Positions 10,783 to 20,846 of a DNA stretch of 64,000 nucleotides are shown piece by piece. Numbering within the stretch: position 1 is the stretch's first letter; every line of letters begins with the position of its first letter. Under the pieces are notes generated by a model. It was not told the DNA's origin, made no database searches, and worked only from the letters and a program-made list of their open reading frames with translations. Made by a program: the position numbers and the translations under genes. The DNA is from Desulfomicrobium sp. (GTDB taxonomy: Bacteria > Desulfobacterota > Desulfovibrionia > Desulfovibrionales > Desulfomicrobiaceae): the NCBI GenBank assembly GCA_040768745.1, contig JAXGMI010000001.1:704001-768000 (forward strand), given 5' to 3'.

Positions 10783-12053
10783 GCATCCCCCCGGCCCGCA
10801 GCATGGCCCTCGACATCCTGCGCCGCACCCTGGATCAGCGTCAGGATCTGCAGGCCGCTGTGGACACCGTTCTGGGCATGGCCGCCCCTGGCCCTGAAAC
10901 AGGGCTGGCCACGGAGCTGGCCTACGGCTATCTGCGCCTGCGCGGCCGACTCGACTTCCTGCTGAGCCTGCTGCTCAAGAACCCGGTCCAGACCTCACCC
11001 GCATTGAAACGCATCCTGGGACTGGCCGCTTATGAACTCCTCTTCCTGGGCGGGGTGCCCGAGTACGCCACCCTGGACTGGGCCGTCAGCCTGACCAAAA
11101 AACGTCTTGGCCAGACCATGGCCAACGTGGTCAACGGCGTGCTGCGCAACCTGATCCGCCTGGGCCCGGACGCCCGACACGCGGATCTTTATCGAACCAG
11201 GACAACCGGGGTCGTCCCCTTTCTCGCGGCCTGGTATTCCTGCCCGGCCTGGCTGGCCCGGATGTGGATCGCTGCCTATGGGCAGGAACAGACCGAGCTG
11301 TTCCTGCGGGCCACCCTGTCCCCACCGCCCGTGGGCGTGCGCATCAACCAAACCCATCCCGGAGCCCCGGACCTGAGACGGGTCATGCAACAATCGTCCG
11401 CCTGTCCCGGGGACTGGTCGTGCGTGCTCCACTCCTGGACGGACTTTATGCGCGACGCCGCACGCAACGGCGTGGCCACCCGTCAGAGCCTGGCGGCCCA
11501 GAGCATCATGGGCGACCTCGACGTGGCCCGCTGGCCCGACCCGATCCTGGACGCCTGCGCCGGCCGCGGCGGCAAGGCCTTCCTGATGGCGGAACTGGGC
11601 AAGACGGTCTGGGCCTCGGACATCAACGTCTTCCGGCTCAGACAGCTGCGCAGCGAAAGCCGACGGCTCGGTCTGGCGGTCCCGGCCTTCCTGGCCCCCG
11701 GGCAGGGCCCCTATCCCCTGCGGATTGCGCCGCAAACCGTGTTTCTGGACGCACCCTGCTCGGGCCTGGGTGTTCTGGCCCGGCGACCGGACATCAAATG
11801 GAAGCGCACGCCCGAGGACTGCGCCGGACTGGCCGAACTGCAGCGGGAAATCCTGGCCGGCGCAGCGGGACTTCTGCCGTCCGGCGGCCATCTCGTCTAT
11901 GTGACCTGCACCCTGCATCCCGACGAAAACCAGACCCAGATCCAGCGCTTTCTGGCCCTGCACCCGCAGTTTTCCCTTCTCATCGAAGTGCAGACCGCCA
12001 CGGACTCCGGGCTGGGAGAGTTCTTTTACGGCGCTGCGATGCGCAAAAAATGA
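10779..12053 (+). CDS. rsmB: NusB-domain / RsmB-family 16S rRNA m5C methyltransferase
   Basis: NusB-like N-terminus (VVNGVLRN), LDACAGRGGK, DAPCSGLG and YVTCTL motifs. Confidence 0.85.
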   Translation: MSIPPARSMALDILRRTLDQRQDLQAAVDTVLGMAAPGPETGLATELAYGYLRLRGRLDFLLSLLLKNPVQTSPALKRILGLAAYELLFLGGVPEYATLDWAVSLTKKRLGQTMANVVNGVLRNLIRLGPDARHADLYRTRTTGVVPFLAAWYSCPAWLARMWIAAYGQEQTELFLRATLSPPPVGVRINQTHPGAPDLRRVMQQSSACPGDWSCVLHSWTDFMRDAARNGVATRQSLAAQSIMGDLDVARWPDPILDACAGRGGKAFLMAELGKTVWASDINVFRLRQLRSESRRLGLAVPAFLAPGQGPYPLRIAPQTVFLDAPCSGLGVLARRPDIKWKRTPEDCAGLAELQREILAGAAGLLPSGGHLVYVTCTLHPDENQTQIQRFLALHPQFSLLIEVQTATDSGLGEFFYGAAMRKK

Positions 12054-12144
12054 TCGTGATTGCGGGTGGATGGAGGAATGCTGCGCAGGGTGGATCCACC
12101 GCGGCATGGCCCGCACAGCCCAAAAAGCCCGTCGCGTTCCCGGC

Positions 12145-12393
12145 CTATGCCTTGCTGTTGGCCCGCCGATGGAATTCCTTGATCAGAATTTTTTCCAGAC
12201 AATCCCTGCAGAGGTCCGTATTGTTGCAGTGCTGCAGCCGCATTTCGATGGCCGGATTCATCTTCCCGAGCTGGCCGCCCAGCCTGGTCAGGTTGACCGG
12301 GTCCTCGATGCAGAGAGTAAAGCGGTCCTCGTAGATTCCCTCCTTGAGACCCAGGATCTCCATCCCGCAGACATCGCAAAATCTCTTGATCAT
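12145..12393 (-). CDS. Small hypothetical protein (82 aa) with two CxxC motifs
   Basis: MIKRFCDVCG...DLCRDCLEK; GGAGG RBS upstream of the ATG at 12393. Confidence 0.7.
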   Translation of the reverse strand: MIKRFCDVCGMEILGLKEGIYEDRFTLCIEDPVNLTRLGGQLGKMNPAIEMRLQHCNNTDLCRDCLEKILIKEFHRRANSKA

Positions 12394-12445
12394 CCCCGCC
12401 TCCTGCGCCTTGTGATCACCGCAGAAAACCATTTGATTCAAAGGA

Positions 12446-12596
12446 ATGGATCCCCCCTCTGCGCGGGGATGACGTCGCAACATGCGGTCAGCCGGGATTC
12501 CGGCCAGTCCCGGTCTATGGATTGCCGACAGAAGTGACGCACGGCATCGACGTCATTCCCACGCAGGCGGACTTGTGCCCGCCAGGGTAAATCCAT
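12446..12596. repeat. Degenerate inverted pair of REP-like palindromic repeats (GTCATTCCCGCGCAGGCGGGAATCCA type)
   Basis: atggatcccccctctgcgcggggatgacgtcg (12446-12477) and cgacgtcattcccacgcaggcgg...aatccat (12548-12596). Confidence 0.5.
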
Positions 12597-12628
12597 GTCT
12601 CTCCCCGCCCCGACGTCTGCAACAGCCC

Positions 12629-13543
12629 CTAGGCCCTGAGCGTGCCCCGGTACTCGTCCCAGGACGATATCCCCAGCGACTCGGCCAGAGTGCGGACCTC
12701 CTCCACCAGGCGGAAGGCGTTGTCCGGCCGCATGAAATTGAAGGTCCCCACCTGGACCGCATGGGCCCCCACCAGAATGAACTCCAGCACATCCTCGGCG
12801 CTGGTGATCCCGCCCATGCCGATGACCGGGACCTGCACGGCCCGGGTGACCTGATGAACCATGCGCAACGCCACCGGCTTCACCGCTGGGCCGGAGAGTC
12901 CGCCGACAATGTTGGCCAGACGGCTCCTGCGGGTGCGAATGTCCACGGACATGCCCGAAAGGGTGTTGATGAGGGACAGCATGTCCGCGCCTGCGTCCAC
13001 CGCGGCCCGGGCGATGACCGTCACATCGGTCACGTTGGGGCTCAGCTTGACCATGACCGGCTTGGACCCGGCCCGTTTCTTCACCGCGGAGGTGACCCGG
13101 GCGGCCATGGCCGGATCCTGCCCGAACTGCACCCCGCCCTCGCGCACGTTGGGGCATGAGATGTTCACCTCCAGGGCCGCCACCCGCTCCTGGGCCGCGA
13201 ATATGGCCGCCAGCTCGCCGAAATCCTCTGGCGTCTGGGCATACAGATTGGCGATGAGGGTGGTCCCCGGTGGGATATAGGGCAGCTTTTCGGCCAGGAA
13301 TTTCTTCACGCCCACATTCTGCAGTCCGATGGCATTGAGCATCCCGCACGGCGTCTCGGCGATGCGCGGCGTGGGGTTGCCCTCGCGTGGGGCCAGGGAA
13401 ATGCCTTTCAGGCAGATGGCACCGAGGGCGGTCAGGTCGCCGTAGCGCATGAATTCCAGGCCGTAGCCGAAGGTGCCCGAAGCCGTGATGACGGGATTCT
13501 TCAGGGTGAGGGGCCCGAGTTGGACAGTCTGATCCATGATCAT
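12629..13543 (-). CDS. pyrD: Dihydroorotate dehydrogenase B, catalytic subunit
   Basis: [29 protein letters not shown] and [10 protein letters not shown] motifs. Confidence 0.95.
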   Translation of the reverse strand: MIMDQTVQLGPLTLKNPVITASGTFGYGLEFMRYGDLTALGAICLKGISLAPREGNPTPRIAETPCGMLNAIGLQNVGVKKFLAEKLPYIPPGTTLIANLYAQTPEDFGELAAIFAAQERVAALEVNISCPNVREGGVQFGQDPAMAARVTSAVKKRAGSKPVMVKLSPNVTDVTVIARAAVDAGADMLSLINTLSGMSVDIRTRRSRLANIVGGLSGPAVKPVALRMVHQVTRAVQVPVIGMGGITSAEDVLEFILVGAHAVQVGTFNFMRPDNAFRLVEEVRTLAESLGISSWDEYRGTLRA

Positions 13544-14316
13544 TCCCCCAGATCGATGTCGCGCACGTCAAAGACCGGGCCGTGCACGCAACTTTGCACA
13601 TATTCGCCCGTGACGGTCCTGCCCACGCATCCAAGACATGCCCCCACCCCGCAGGCCATGCGGTTTTCCAGGGAGATCTGCCCTTCGGTGCCATGCATCA
13701 GGCAGTACCTGCGCACCACCTTGAGCATGGGCTCCGGCCCGCAGGCCAGGACCTGACCAATTCCGGACAGGGTCTTGATCCGCCCGGACAGCACGGTTTC
13801 GAAAGCGGCGATGTCGGCCGCTGTGGTCTGCCGCATGGCCTCGCTCTCTATCCGATCCGCTATTTCAGCATAGGGATAATGACACAGGTCCAGGCGGTGG
13901 CCGAAGAGCATGGACAGGTTGTCCGTTTTTTCCCTCCTGGCCAGCATGACGAACGGGGCGATGCCCACCCCTCCGGCCAGGATCAGGTTGGGCCTGTTCT
14001 CGTCGATGCGGAACCAGCGCCCCAGGGGCCCCCACACCGCGACCTTCTGCCCGGGCTGGAGCCCGGCCAGTTTGCGCGTGCCCCGGCCCACGACCTGGAA
14101 AAAGATGCGCAGCCCAGCATCCGAAACGTCGCAGACCGAGAAGGGCCTGGGCCAGACCAGCTCCGAGCCCCAATCCAGGGGGCGGATCATGACGAACTGC
14201 CCGGCCCTGCAGGTCCATCCCGGAGGGGAAAGCACGAGGTCCACCAGGGTGGGCTCGGTTCCGGGCCGGCAGGACAGGACCTGCAGTTCCCGGCATGGTG
14301 TCTGGGTGGTGTTCAT
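13540..14316 (-). CDS. pyrK: Dihydroorotate dehydrogenase electron transfer subunit
   Basis: [18 protein letters not shown] and [11 protein letters not shown]...CVHGPVF 2Fe-2S motif. Confidence 0.93.
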   Translation of the reverse strand: MNTTQTPCRELQVLSCRPGTEPTLVDLVLSPPGWTCRAGQFVMIRPLDWGSELVWPRPFSVCDVSDAGLRIFFQVVGRGTRKLAGLQPGQKVAVWGPLGRWFRIDENRPNLILAGGVGIAPFVMLARREKTDNLSMLFGHRLDLCHYPYAEIADRIESEAMRQTTAADIAAFETVLSGRIKTLSGIGQVLACGPEPMLKVVRRYCLMHGTEGQISLENRMACGVGACLGCVGRTVTGEYVQSCVHGPVFDVRDIDLGE

Positions 14317-15920
14317 GGTTGTTTTCCGGACGCCGGGGCGTCGTGCGTAGAGGGTGGAACAGCGGGGGTCTCCCCGGCCATGCGGGCCAGCTCTGCCTGG
14401 CGCCCGGGCGCGGAGAGGGTCGCGCAGAAGGTGAATGTCGTCCCCCCCTGCACTTCCTTGCGGATGGCGAAATGTTCGTCGGCCAGCCGGGCCAGCTGGG
14501 GCCAGTGGGTGACGAGGATGACCTGCTGGCGCTGGGCCAGGGCCCGGATGCGATCGGCCACCTTCATCAGGGTCTGACCGCCGATCCCGGAATCGACCTC
14601 GTCAAAGAGCAAAGCCGGAAGCTGCTCCCTGGCCCGCAGGCTGACCACAGCCAGCAGGAAACGGGACAGCTCCCCGCCCGAGGCGATGCGGTCCAGGGGC
14701 TGCGGGTCCAGGCCGGGATTGGGCAGCCACAAAAACCGGGGCCGCAGCTCCTCGACTCCGGGGTGGATGGGCAGGGGTCGGAAATCCACCAGCACCCGCA
14801 CGTGGTCCGAAAAACCCAGGTTGACCAGTTCCTGCTCGAGATTCCTGGTCAAGCCCGCGGACGCCTCCCGTCTGGCCGTGTTCAGAGCCTCCGTGGCCTG
14901 CCCCAGGACCGCGGCGGCCAGGGCTTCGTCCTTTTCCAGACGTTTCAGCTCCAGTCCGCTTTGATCCAGAAAGGACAGGTTCTCCTCGATTTCCGCACCC
15001 AGGGTGATGACGGAATCCAGGGAACGCTTCAATTTGCGCTGGAGCTGCTGCAGGTCCCACAGCCGCTTTTCCACACTTTCCGCATCGAACTCCTGGGTCT
15101 GACGCGTGACCGCGGACCGCAGGTCGCGCAGCACCTCGGACAGGCTGTCCCGGAACCGCCCCACCTCCTGGGCATGAACGCGGAAATGCTCGCCGGCATC
15201 GCCCAGACCGGCCAGAAGCCGCTCCAGGGCGGTCAGGGAGTCCTGCAAACCGGTCTCCCCAAGCAAAAGCCCCTGGGCCTCTACCGCCCCTTGGCGAACC
15301 CGTTCAGCCTGCCGGGAACTCTCGCGCAGCCGGAGAAGCTCCTCCTCTTCCCCGGGGCGGGGATCCACCTTGCGGATCTCGGACAACTGGAATTCCAGGA
15401 ATTCACGGCGCTCCAGGAAACCGGCCATGCGGCGCTCGACCTCGTCCCTGCGGGCCAGGATGCCTTGCACCCGGTCGCGGGCCGAGCGCTGCTCGGTCAG
15501 GATCCGGGGATCGGGCAGAAAGGCGTCGAGGATCTCGACATGGTGCTCCGGGGTCAGCAGCCGCTGCTGCCCGTGCTGGCTGGTGTGCAGCAGGAGGCCG
15601 GGCCGCAGTTCGGCCAGGCGTTCCTGGGAGCTCAGATCGTCGTTGATGAAAAGGCGGCTGCGCCCCGTCTTGGCGGAGAGCTCGCGGCGGAGGAAGACCT
15701 CCTCCCCGTCCAGGCGGAACACGGCTTCCACCAGGGCCTTTTCGCGGCCCGGGCGGACCAGGTCCGCGGCGATGCGATCGCCGAGGATGAAGTCCAGCGC
15801 ACGCAGTATGAACGACTTGCCGGCCCCGGACTCGCCCGTGAGCACGTTCAGGCCCGGACAGAACTCCAGTTCCACGTCGTCGATGAGGGCAAGGCTACGG
15901 ATGCGCAGAGTTTCAAGCAT
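14313..15920 (-). CDS. recN: DNA repair protein RecN
   Basis: GLNVLTGESGAGKS, coiled-coil middle, ASGGELSR, LFDEVDSGIGG and VTHWPQ motifs. Confidence 0.93.
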   Translation of the reverse strand: MLETLRIRSLALIDDVELEFCPGLNVLTGESGAGKSFILRALDFILGDRIAADLVRPGREKALVEAVFRLDGEEVFLRRELSAKTGRSRLFINDDLSSQERLAELRPGLLLHTSQHGQQRLLTPEHHVEILDAFLPDPRILTEQRSARDRVQGILARRDEVERRMAGFLERREFLEFQLSEIRKVDPRPGEEEELLRLRESSRQAERVRQGAVEAQGLLLGETGLQDSLTALERLLAGLGDAGEHFRVHAQEVGRFRDSLSEVLRDLRSAVTRQTQEFDAESVEKRLWDLQQLQRKLKRSLDSVITLGAEIEENLSFLDQSGLELKRLEKDEALAAAVLGQATEALNTARREASAGLTRNLEQELVNLGFSDHVRVLVDFRPLPIHPGVEELRPRFLWLPNPGLDPQPLDRIASGGELSRFLLAVVSLRAREQLPALLFDEVDSGIGGQTLMKVADRIRALAQRQQVILVTHWPQLARLADEHFAIRKEVQGGTTFTFCATLSAPGRQAELARMAGETPAVPPSTHDAPASGKQP

Positions 15921-16105
15921 AGTTCCGCTGCTGCGTGGCTGTCATGGATGGATGGCGGCTCCTGGGACGGAAAACACCACCCGGTTCGCACTCTCCACGG
16001 CCTTGTAGCTTTCCGGTGCGGGCAAGGCAAATGGAAAGCGCCGTTCCTTGCGGCCAGGCGAGAGGGCCAGGGATGCGCGGAGGCAGCTGCCGCTCATGCC
16101 CCCGC

Positions 16106-17596
16106 CTAGGCGCCCTGGACAGGTCCGAAAAGGCGGGCAAAGGCCGGACTCCCGCATATCTCCCCCCACGGCCCCCGGGCCATGTCCCTGCCCCGCTCCA
16201 GGATCAGGCCGTGGGACAGCAGGTCCGCCGTGAACTCCGGGGTGTGCGTGGCCAGGACCACGGTCCGGCCCTGAGCCGTCAGATCCCGCAGCAGGGCGGC
16301 CATGCGCCCCTGCCAGGATGCGTCAAGGCCGGAAAACGGTTCGTCCAGGACCACGAGTTCGGGCCCATGCACCACGGCGCGGGCCAGCATGACCTGCCGG
16401 GCTTGGCCGTAGGACATGGACCTGATGGGCCTGGACAGCCAGTCCGCCATGTCCCAGGATCCGGCCAGGATCTCTGCTTCCAGCATCTGCCCCTCGGAAA
16501 GCCCGCGGTGCACCCCAAGGCCCCCGCACAGGCCGGACAGGAGCACGTCCCGGCAGGTGGCCTCTGGCTCGATCCACTCCTTGATCCACGGCGCCAGGAT
16601 GCCGATGCGGTCCCGGATGGCGGACACGTCGAAGCGTCCGGCCTGCCCGAACCAGGTCAGGCTTCCCCCTGGCCATGGGCGGCGGTATCCGGTGATCATC
16701 TGCAGCAGCGTGGACTTGCCGCTGCCGTTGTGTCCCAGCACGCCCCAGCTCTCCCCGGCCTGCACCGCCCAGGTCAGGCTATCCACGGCGGGCAGGCCGT
16801 CCATGACCACGGTGCAGGAACGGACATCCAGAACCGTCTCCGCCGCGCCCTGTGGCGCGGACCGTTTTGGCAGGTTCAAGGGTGTGGTCCTGACCGATGC
16901 AGGGCCATCGGCCAGCCGTCCGTGCTCCAGGTAGATGCGCCCCCTGATGGCATCCGGCATGGCCAGCACCCCCTGGCCGCTGACCAGCAACCGGGTGCGG
17001 CCCGAGACTGCGATGCGTTCCAGGGAGTCCAGCAGCTGGAACCGGCCGCGCCGGTCCAGGCCCTGGCCCAGCTCGTCCACGGCCAGGAGCTTTGGCTCCG
17101 CGATCATGGCCCGGGCCAGCAGCGCCCGCTTGGCCTGTCCCGTGGACACGGCCCGCATGGGGCGGTCCAGGACCGTGATCAATCCCATGTCGCTGCCCAG
17201 CACCCGGGCCTGCTCGCGCTCTTCCGGGGAGGCCTCGTGGTAGAGAAAAGGGGCGTTGCGCAGTCCTGCGCAGATCACTTCCCAGACCGGGACCTGCAGT
17301 TCGTGGCGCTGGTACCAGTCCGCCATGTCCGGGGCGACGAAGCGCATGTGGGGCCTTGCGGCGATGGGCGAAAGGAAGGTCTCCCCGCGCAGCACATAGG
17401 TCCTGGCCCCGCCGCTGCGCTGGGAGGGCCACAGTTCGCCGACAAGAAGGCGCAGCAGGGTGGTCTTGCCGGCGCCGTTGTCTCCCAGCACGGCAAAATG
17501 CCCTGATCCGGACAGGCTCAGGGTCAGATCGTGCAGGATCCGGGCCTCGCCCAGATCCACGTCCACATGGTCGAGATGGATTTCGAGCTCGTGCAT
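16106..17596 (-). CDS. ABC ATP-binding protein with two nucleotide-binding domains (ModF-like)
   Basis: GDNGAGKT and GHNGSGKS Walker A motifs, STGQ and SYGQ signatures, LDEPFSGLD. Confidence 0.85.
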   Translation of the reverse strand: MHELEIHLDHVDVDLGEARILHDLTLSLSGSGHFAVLGDNGAGKTTLLRLLVGELWPSQRSGGARTYVLRGETFLSPIAARPHMRFVAPDMADWYQRHELQVPVWEVICAGLRNAPFLYHEASPEEREQARVLGSDMGLITVLDRPMRAVSTGQAKRALLARAMIAEPKLLAVDELGQGLDRRGRFQLLDSLERIAVSGRTRLLVSGQGVLAMPDAIRGRIYLEHGRLADGPASVRTTPLNLPKRSAPQGAAETVLDVRSCTVVMDGLPAVDSLTWAVQAGESWGVLGHNGSGKSTLLQMITGYRRPWPGGSLTWFGQAGRFDVSAIRDRIGILAPWIKEWIEPEATCRDVLLSGLCGGLGVHRGLSEGQMLEAEILAGSWDMADWLSRPIRSMSYGQARQVMLARAVVHGPELVVLDEPFSGLDASWQGRMAALLRDLTAQGRTVVLATHTPEFTADLLSHGLILERGRDMARGPWGEICGSPAFARLFGPVQGA

Positions 17597-17619
17597 GGGT
17601 ACCGCGGATCAGGCCCGGC

Positions 17620-18231
17620 TTACTGGCCGCGCAAGAGCTCCATGTCGACGGTCAGTTCCACGCTATCGCCCATGACGCCCATCTGGGTCCACCTTGCCGA
17701 GCCCACATGGAATTCCACGCGATTGATGGAAAATTGAGCCTGCAGCCCAAGGACCTTGGTGTTCGGCATTTTGTCCTTGAAAGGGTGATCCGCAATGCCC
17801 AGCACCTTGAGCGGAACCCGGACCTCGGCGGTCACGTCCCGGATTGTCAGGTCCCCGACCACGACCAGTTCATTGCCGTCCCTGGCCTCCACCTTCTTGG
17901 AGGCGAAAATGATCCGCGGGGAACGGGCCACGTCGAGAAAATCTTCGCCGCGCAGGTGCTCGTCGCGCTGGGGCACGCCGGTGTGCACGCTGGCGCTGTC
18001 AATGAGAATGTAGAACTGGCTGCGTTCCGGCTCCCGGGGGTCATACTCCACCTCTCCGGAGAACCTGGCGAAAATCCCGGGCACATGGCCGACGATATGC
18101 CGTATCCTGAAGCCGATGGTGGAGTGCTCCTTGTCGATCTGCCAGTGCTGACCGGACGCTTCTGCCCCCAGGGCGGCGGATCCGCTGAATATGAAGGTCG
18201 CAAGAATCAGGGTGGCCGATAAAAATCGCAT
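17620..18231 (-). CDS. YceI-family periplasmic protein
   Basis: Signal peptide, WQIDKEHSTIGF, RDEHLRGEDFLD and GDLTIRDVT motifs. Confidence 0.9.
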   Translation of the reverse strand: MRFLSATLILATFIFSGSAALGAEASGQHWQIDKEHSTIGFRIRHIVGHVPGIFARFSGEVEYDPREPERSQFYILIDSASVHTGVPQRDEHLRGEDFLDVARSPRIIFASKKVEARDGNELVVVGDLTIRDVTAEVRVPLKVLGIADHPFKDKMPNTKVLGLQAQFSINRVEFHVGSARWTQMGVMGDSVELTVDMELLRGQ

Positions 18232-18429
18232 CGTGATTACCTCCGGTGATGCTTCTGCCGGCATCCACCATGGCCGGGACATCGTGCTGGCCGACGGGAT
18301 GCATGGCGCGGGGACGCGCGTATTCGGGTCCCCCCTATCAGGGAGTCCCCTCTTCCACCAGATGGCGGTCTGAAAAATTTTTCGGGTTGACAGGCGCAGT
18401 CGTTTGTATCAAAAGCAGCTTCGCGTTGT

Positions 18430-18505
<76 letters not shown>

Positions 18506-18542
18506 ACAACAAACGCATACAAAATGCCCTTGAATGCCGAAC

Positions 18543-18571
18543 AAGAAAACCGCCGAAATGGCGGTTTTCTT
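18543..18571 (+). terminator. tRNA-Ala terminator hairpin, also the left copy of the IS target duplication
   Basis: aagaaaaccgcc gaaat ggcggttttctt; the identical sequence recurs at 20188-20216. Confidence 0.75.
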
Positions 18572-20187
18572 CAGACCACTGACAAACCCTCGTCACACTG
18601 TCCGGCGAGGGTTTGTTTTTTCTGACGATGTGTATTTTTCCTGAAATCGTTCAGGAGGCCCTTCTGGGATCAAATTGGGGCGTATTGGCGCTTCTGTTGT
18701 TGGAATATCCCGTAAATAAAGGACAGAATCATCCCGGCCATGGCGCCCGCCGGGCTTGCTGGCCTGCGGAGTCCCAACCTGGACAAGTGCAGCGCGATTT
18801 TCTTCATGTTGAACGCGGCCGCACACAGCAGGCACTGCTCCAAGACCTTCGAGAGACCACGCATCCGGGCGTAACGATGCCCATGCAGTTCCTTGCAGTC
18901 GGCAAAGCTGCGTTCAACCGTTTCCTTGCGTCGGGCATAGATGGCCTTGCCACGCTCCGTCAGCCGGTTGGAGTCGATGCGTTCCCGACTATCTTCCCAT
19001 ACGTGGCGCGCTATGACCCGTCGGCATATCTTGCTGGTCGTGCATCTCTCAAGAAGCTGACATGCTTTGCAAATCTTGGGATCCGAGGCGTATTCCCGGT
19101 AACCCGCCCGGTTGGTGGTTCGGTAACTCAAAAGGCAGTTTGCAGGGCAGACGTAGCAATCCACTGAGTCGTCGTAGAAAAAATCCTTGCGTCTGAAGCG
19201 GCCCGTGTTTTTTCCAAAACGACGGTAGCCAACCACTCCAAAAATCCCTCTCTCCTCAAGCCCTTTGCAGATTCCTGTCGTCGCGTAGCCAGCATCCAGT
19301 CCAACCGCCTCCACTTCAAAACCAAATCGTTCGCGCTGTCGATCAAGACGATCAAGATACGGTATCGAGTCATGCACATTGCCTGGCGTCACGTACGTAT
19401 CCGTGATCAGGCCATGAAGACCGTCCACCGAGCGGTGATCCAGAAAGAAGAACCCCTTGGGCTTGCCGTCCCGGTGCATGTAGCCAGACTCCGGGTCCGT
19501 CGTGCTCTGCTTGACCGTCTTGGTTTCGGGTTCCGGATCGTTCTCTTTCAACGCCTTCTTGCCGTGGTCGGCCCGGTCCTGGGCAACGTCCCGCTCCAGA
19601 TCATCGATGTAATCCCGCGTGCTCTTGGCAACCTCGGCTTCGACAAACTTGTTCTTGTTGGCGTTGGCCTTGAGGTGGGTCGAATCCGTGTACAGGGTAC
19701 GACCGTCGATCATCTTGCGGCGGATGGCCTGAACCACGATCTCGTCGAAAATCTCCTGGTAGACCGTGCTCTGGTTGAAGCGACGGCGGCGGTTCTGGCT
19801 GATGGTCGAGGCGTCGGGAATCTTGTCTTCCAGGCTGAAGCCCAAAAACCAGCGGTAGGCGACATTGACCTTGATCTCCTCAATCAGCCGCCGCTCACTG
19901 CGGATGCCGAACAGATACCCCAGAAAGAGCATCTTGAAGAGCACTGTCGGATCAAGAGCCGGCCGGCCGTTGTCCGGACAGTACAGGTCTTTGACCTTGT
20001 CGTGGATGAAACGGAAATCGATGAACTTGGTGATCTTACGAAGAAGATGATCTTTGGGAACCAAGCGCTCGATGCAGACGAATTCGTACTTCAGTTGTTT
20101 GGGTCCTGTGCTGCGTAACATGTAAGCTTTCATAACAAAACCCCCGTCATTTGACGAGGGTTTTGAGGTGACTTTGTCAGCAGTCTG
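18572..20187 (-). mobile_element. Complete IS1182-family insertion sequence (~1.6 kb)
   Basis: Imperfect terminal IRs (t)cagaccactgacaaa / tttgtcagcagtctg(a), a 27-29-bp flanking direct repeat and a single transposase. Confidence 0.92.
18670..20133 (-). CDS. IS1182-family DDE transposase
   Basis: LVPKDHLLR, GRPALDP, YRWFLG, DSTHLKANAN, DAGY and Y.RRKETVERSFAD motifs; alternative start at 20121. Confidence 0.92.
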   Translation of the reverse strand: MKAYMLRSTGPKQLKYEFVCIERLVPKDHLLRKITKFIDFRFIHDKVKDLYCPDNGRPALDPTVLFKMLFLGYLFGIRSERRLIEEIKVNVAYRWFLGFSLEDKIPDASTISQNRRRRFNQSTVYQEIFDEIVVQAIRRKMIDGRTLYTDSTHLKANANKNKFVEAEVAKSTRDYIDDLERDVAQDRADHGKKALKENDPEPETKTVKQSTTDPESGYMHRDGKPKGFFFLDHRSVDGLHGLITDTYVTPGNVHDSIPYLDRLDRQRERFGFEVEAVGLDAGYATTGICKGLEERGIFGVVGYRRFGKNTGRFRRKDFFYDDSVDCYVCPANCLLSYRTTNRAGYREYASDPKICKACQLLERCTTSKICRRVIARHVWEDSRERIDSNRLTERGKAIYARRKETVERSFADCKELHGHRYARMRGLSKVLEQCLLCAAAFNMKKIALHLSRLGLRRPASPAGAMAGMILSFIYGIFQQQKRQYAPI

Positions 20188-20372
20188 AAGAAAACCGCCG
20201 AAATGGCGGTTTTCTTGTTTTGGTGGGCCAAACAGCAATGTTGGCTTCCCCGGCCCATCAATGCCCTCCCATTCGACAATCCAAAAGTCCTGCCGTACAT
20301 CATGCCCATGATGCAGCGCGAGGCGACAGGCCCTCTTGGGAACTTACCCTTCTGACCCATCGGGAGGTCACC

Positions 20373-20807
20373 ATGTCAGAGGACATACAAACCGGACGGC
20401 AACCCAGGGGACACCTGGTCCTCAGAACCCTGGCCATGCCCAGGGACACCAATCCCAGCGGCGACATCTTCGGCGGCTGGATCCTGGCCCAGATGGACGT
20501 GGCCGGGGGCCTCATGGCCGCGGAAGTCGCCCAGGGCCGGACCGTGACCGTCAGCGTGGACAAGATGGTCTTCCAGAAACCGGTCCGGGTGGGCGACACC
20601 ATCTGCGTGCATGCGGAACTCCTGCACGTGGGCAACTCCTCCATGGACATCAAGCTGGAGGTCTGGGCCAGGCAGATCATCGGCGCCTTCGAGGCCGAAC
20701 GCCAGCTGGTGACCGAGGGCTTGTTCCGCTACGTCGCCGTCGACGCCCAGGGCAAGCCCCGCCGGGTTCCGGACAACCCGCTCTATTTTTCGCAGCGCCG
20801 GGCCTGA
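20373..20807 (+). CDS. Acyl-CoA thioesterase (hotdog fold, YciA-like)
   Basis: LRTLAMPRDTNPSGDIFGGWILAQMD motif; GGAGG RBS. Confidence 0.9.
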   Translation: MSEDIQTGRQPRGHLVLRTLAMPRDTNPSGDIFGGWILAQMDVAGGLMAAEVAQGRTVTVSVDKMVFQKPVRVGDTICVHAELLHVGNSSMDIKLEVWARQIIGAFEAERQLVTEGLFRYVAVDAQGKPRRVPDNPLYFSQRRA

Positions 20808-20846
20808 CGGCCCCTGGAAGGTTTTTTCCCCCGCCATCCGGCTGCC

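Noticed and set aside
18593..18835. 77-80-aa ORF present in both IS1182 copies (also 2-235) as a passenger gene
   Set aside because: It overlaps the transposase 3' end in another frame and has no RBS or motif; the identity simply reflects the duplicated IS.
18543..20216. 29-bp palindromic direct repeat as a CRISPR repeat
   Set aside because: Only two copies exist, 1.6 kb apart and flanking an IS; there are no spacers or cas genes.
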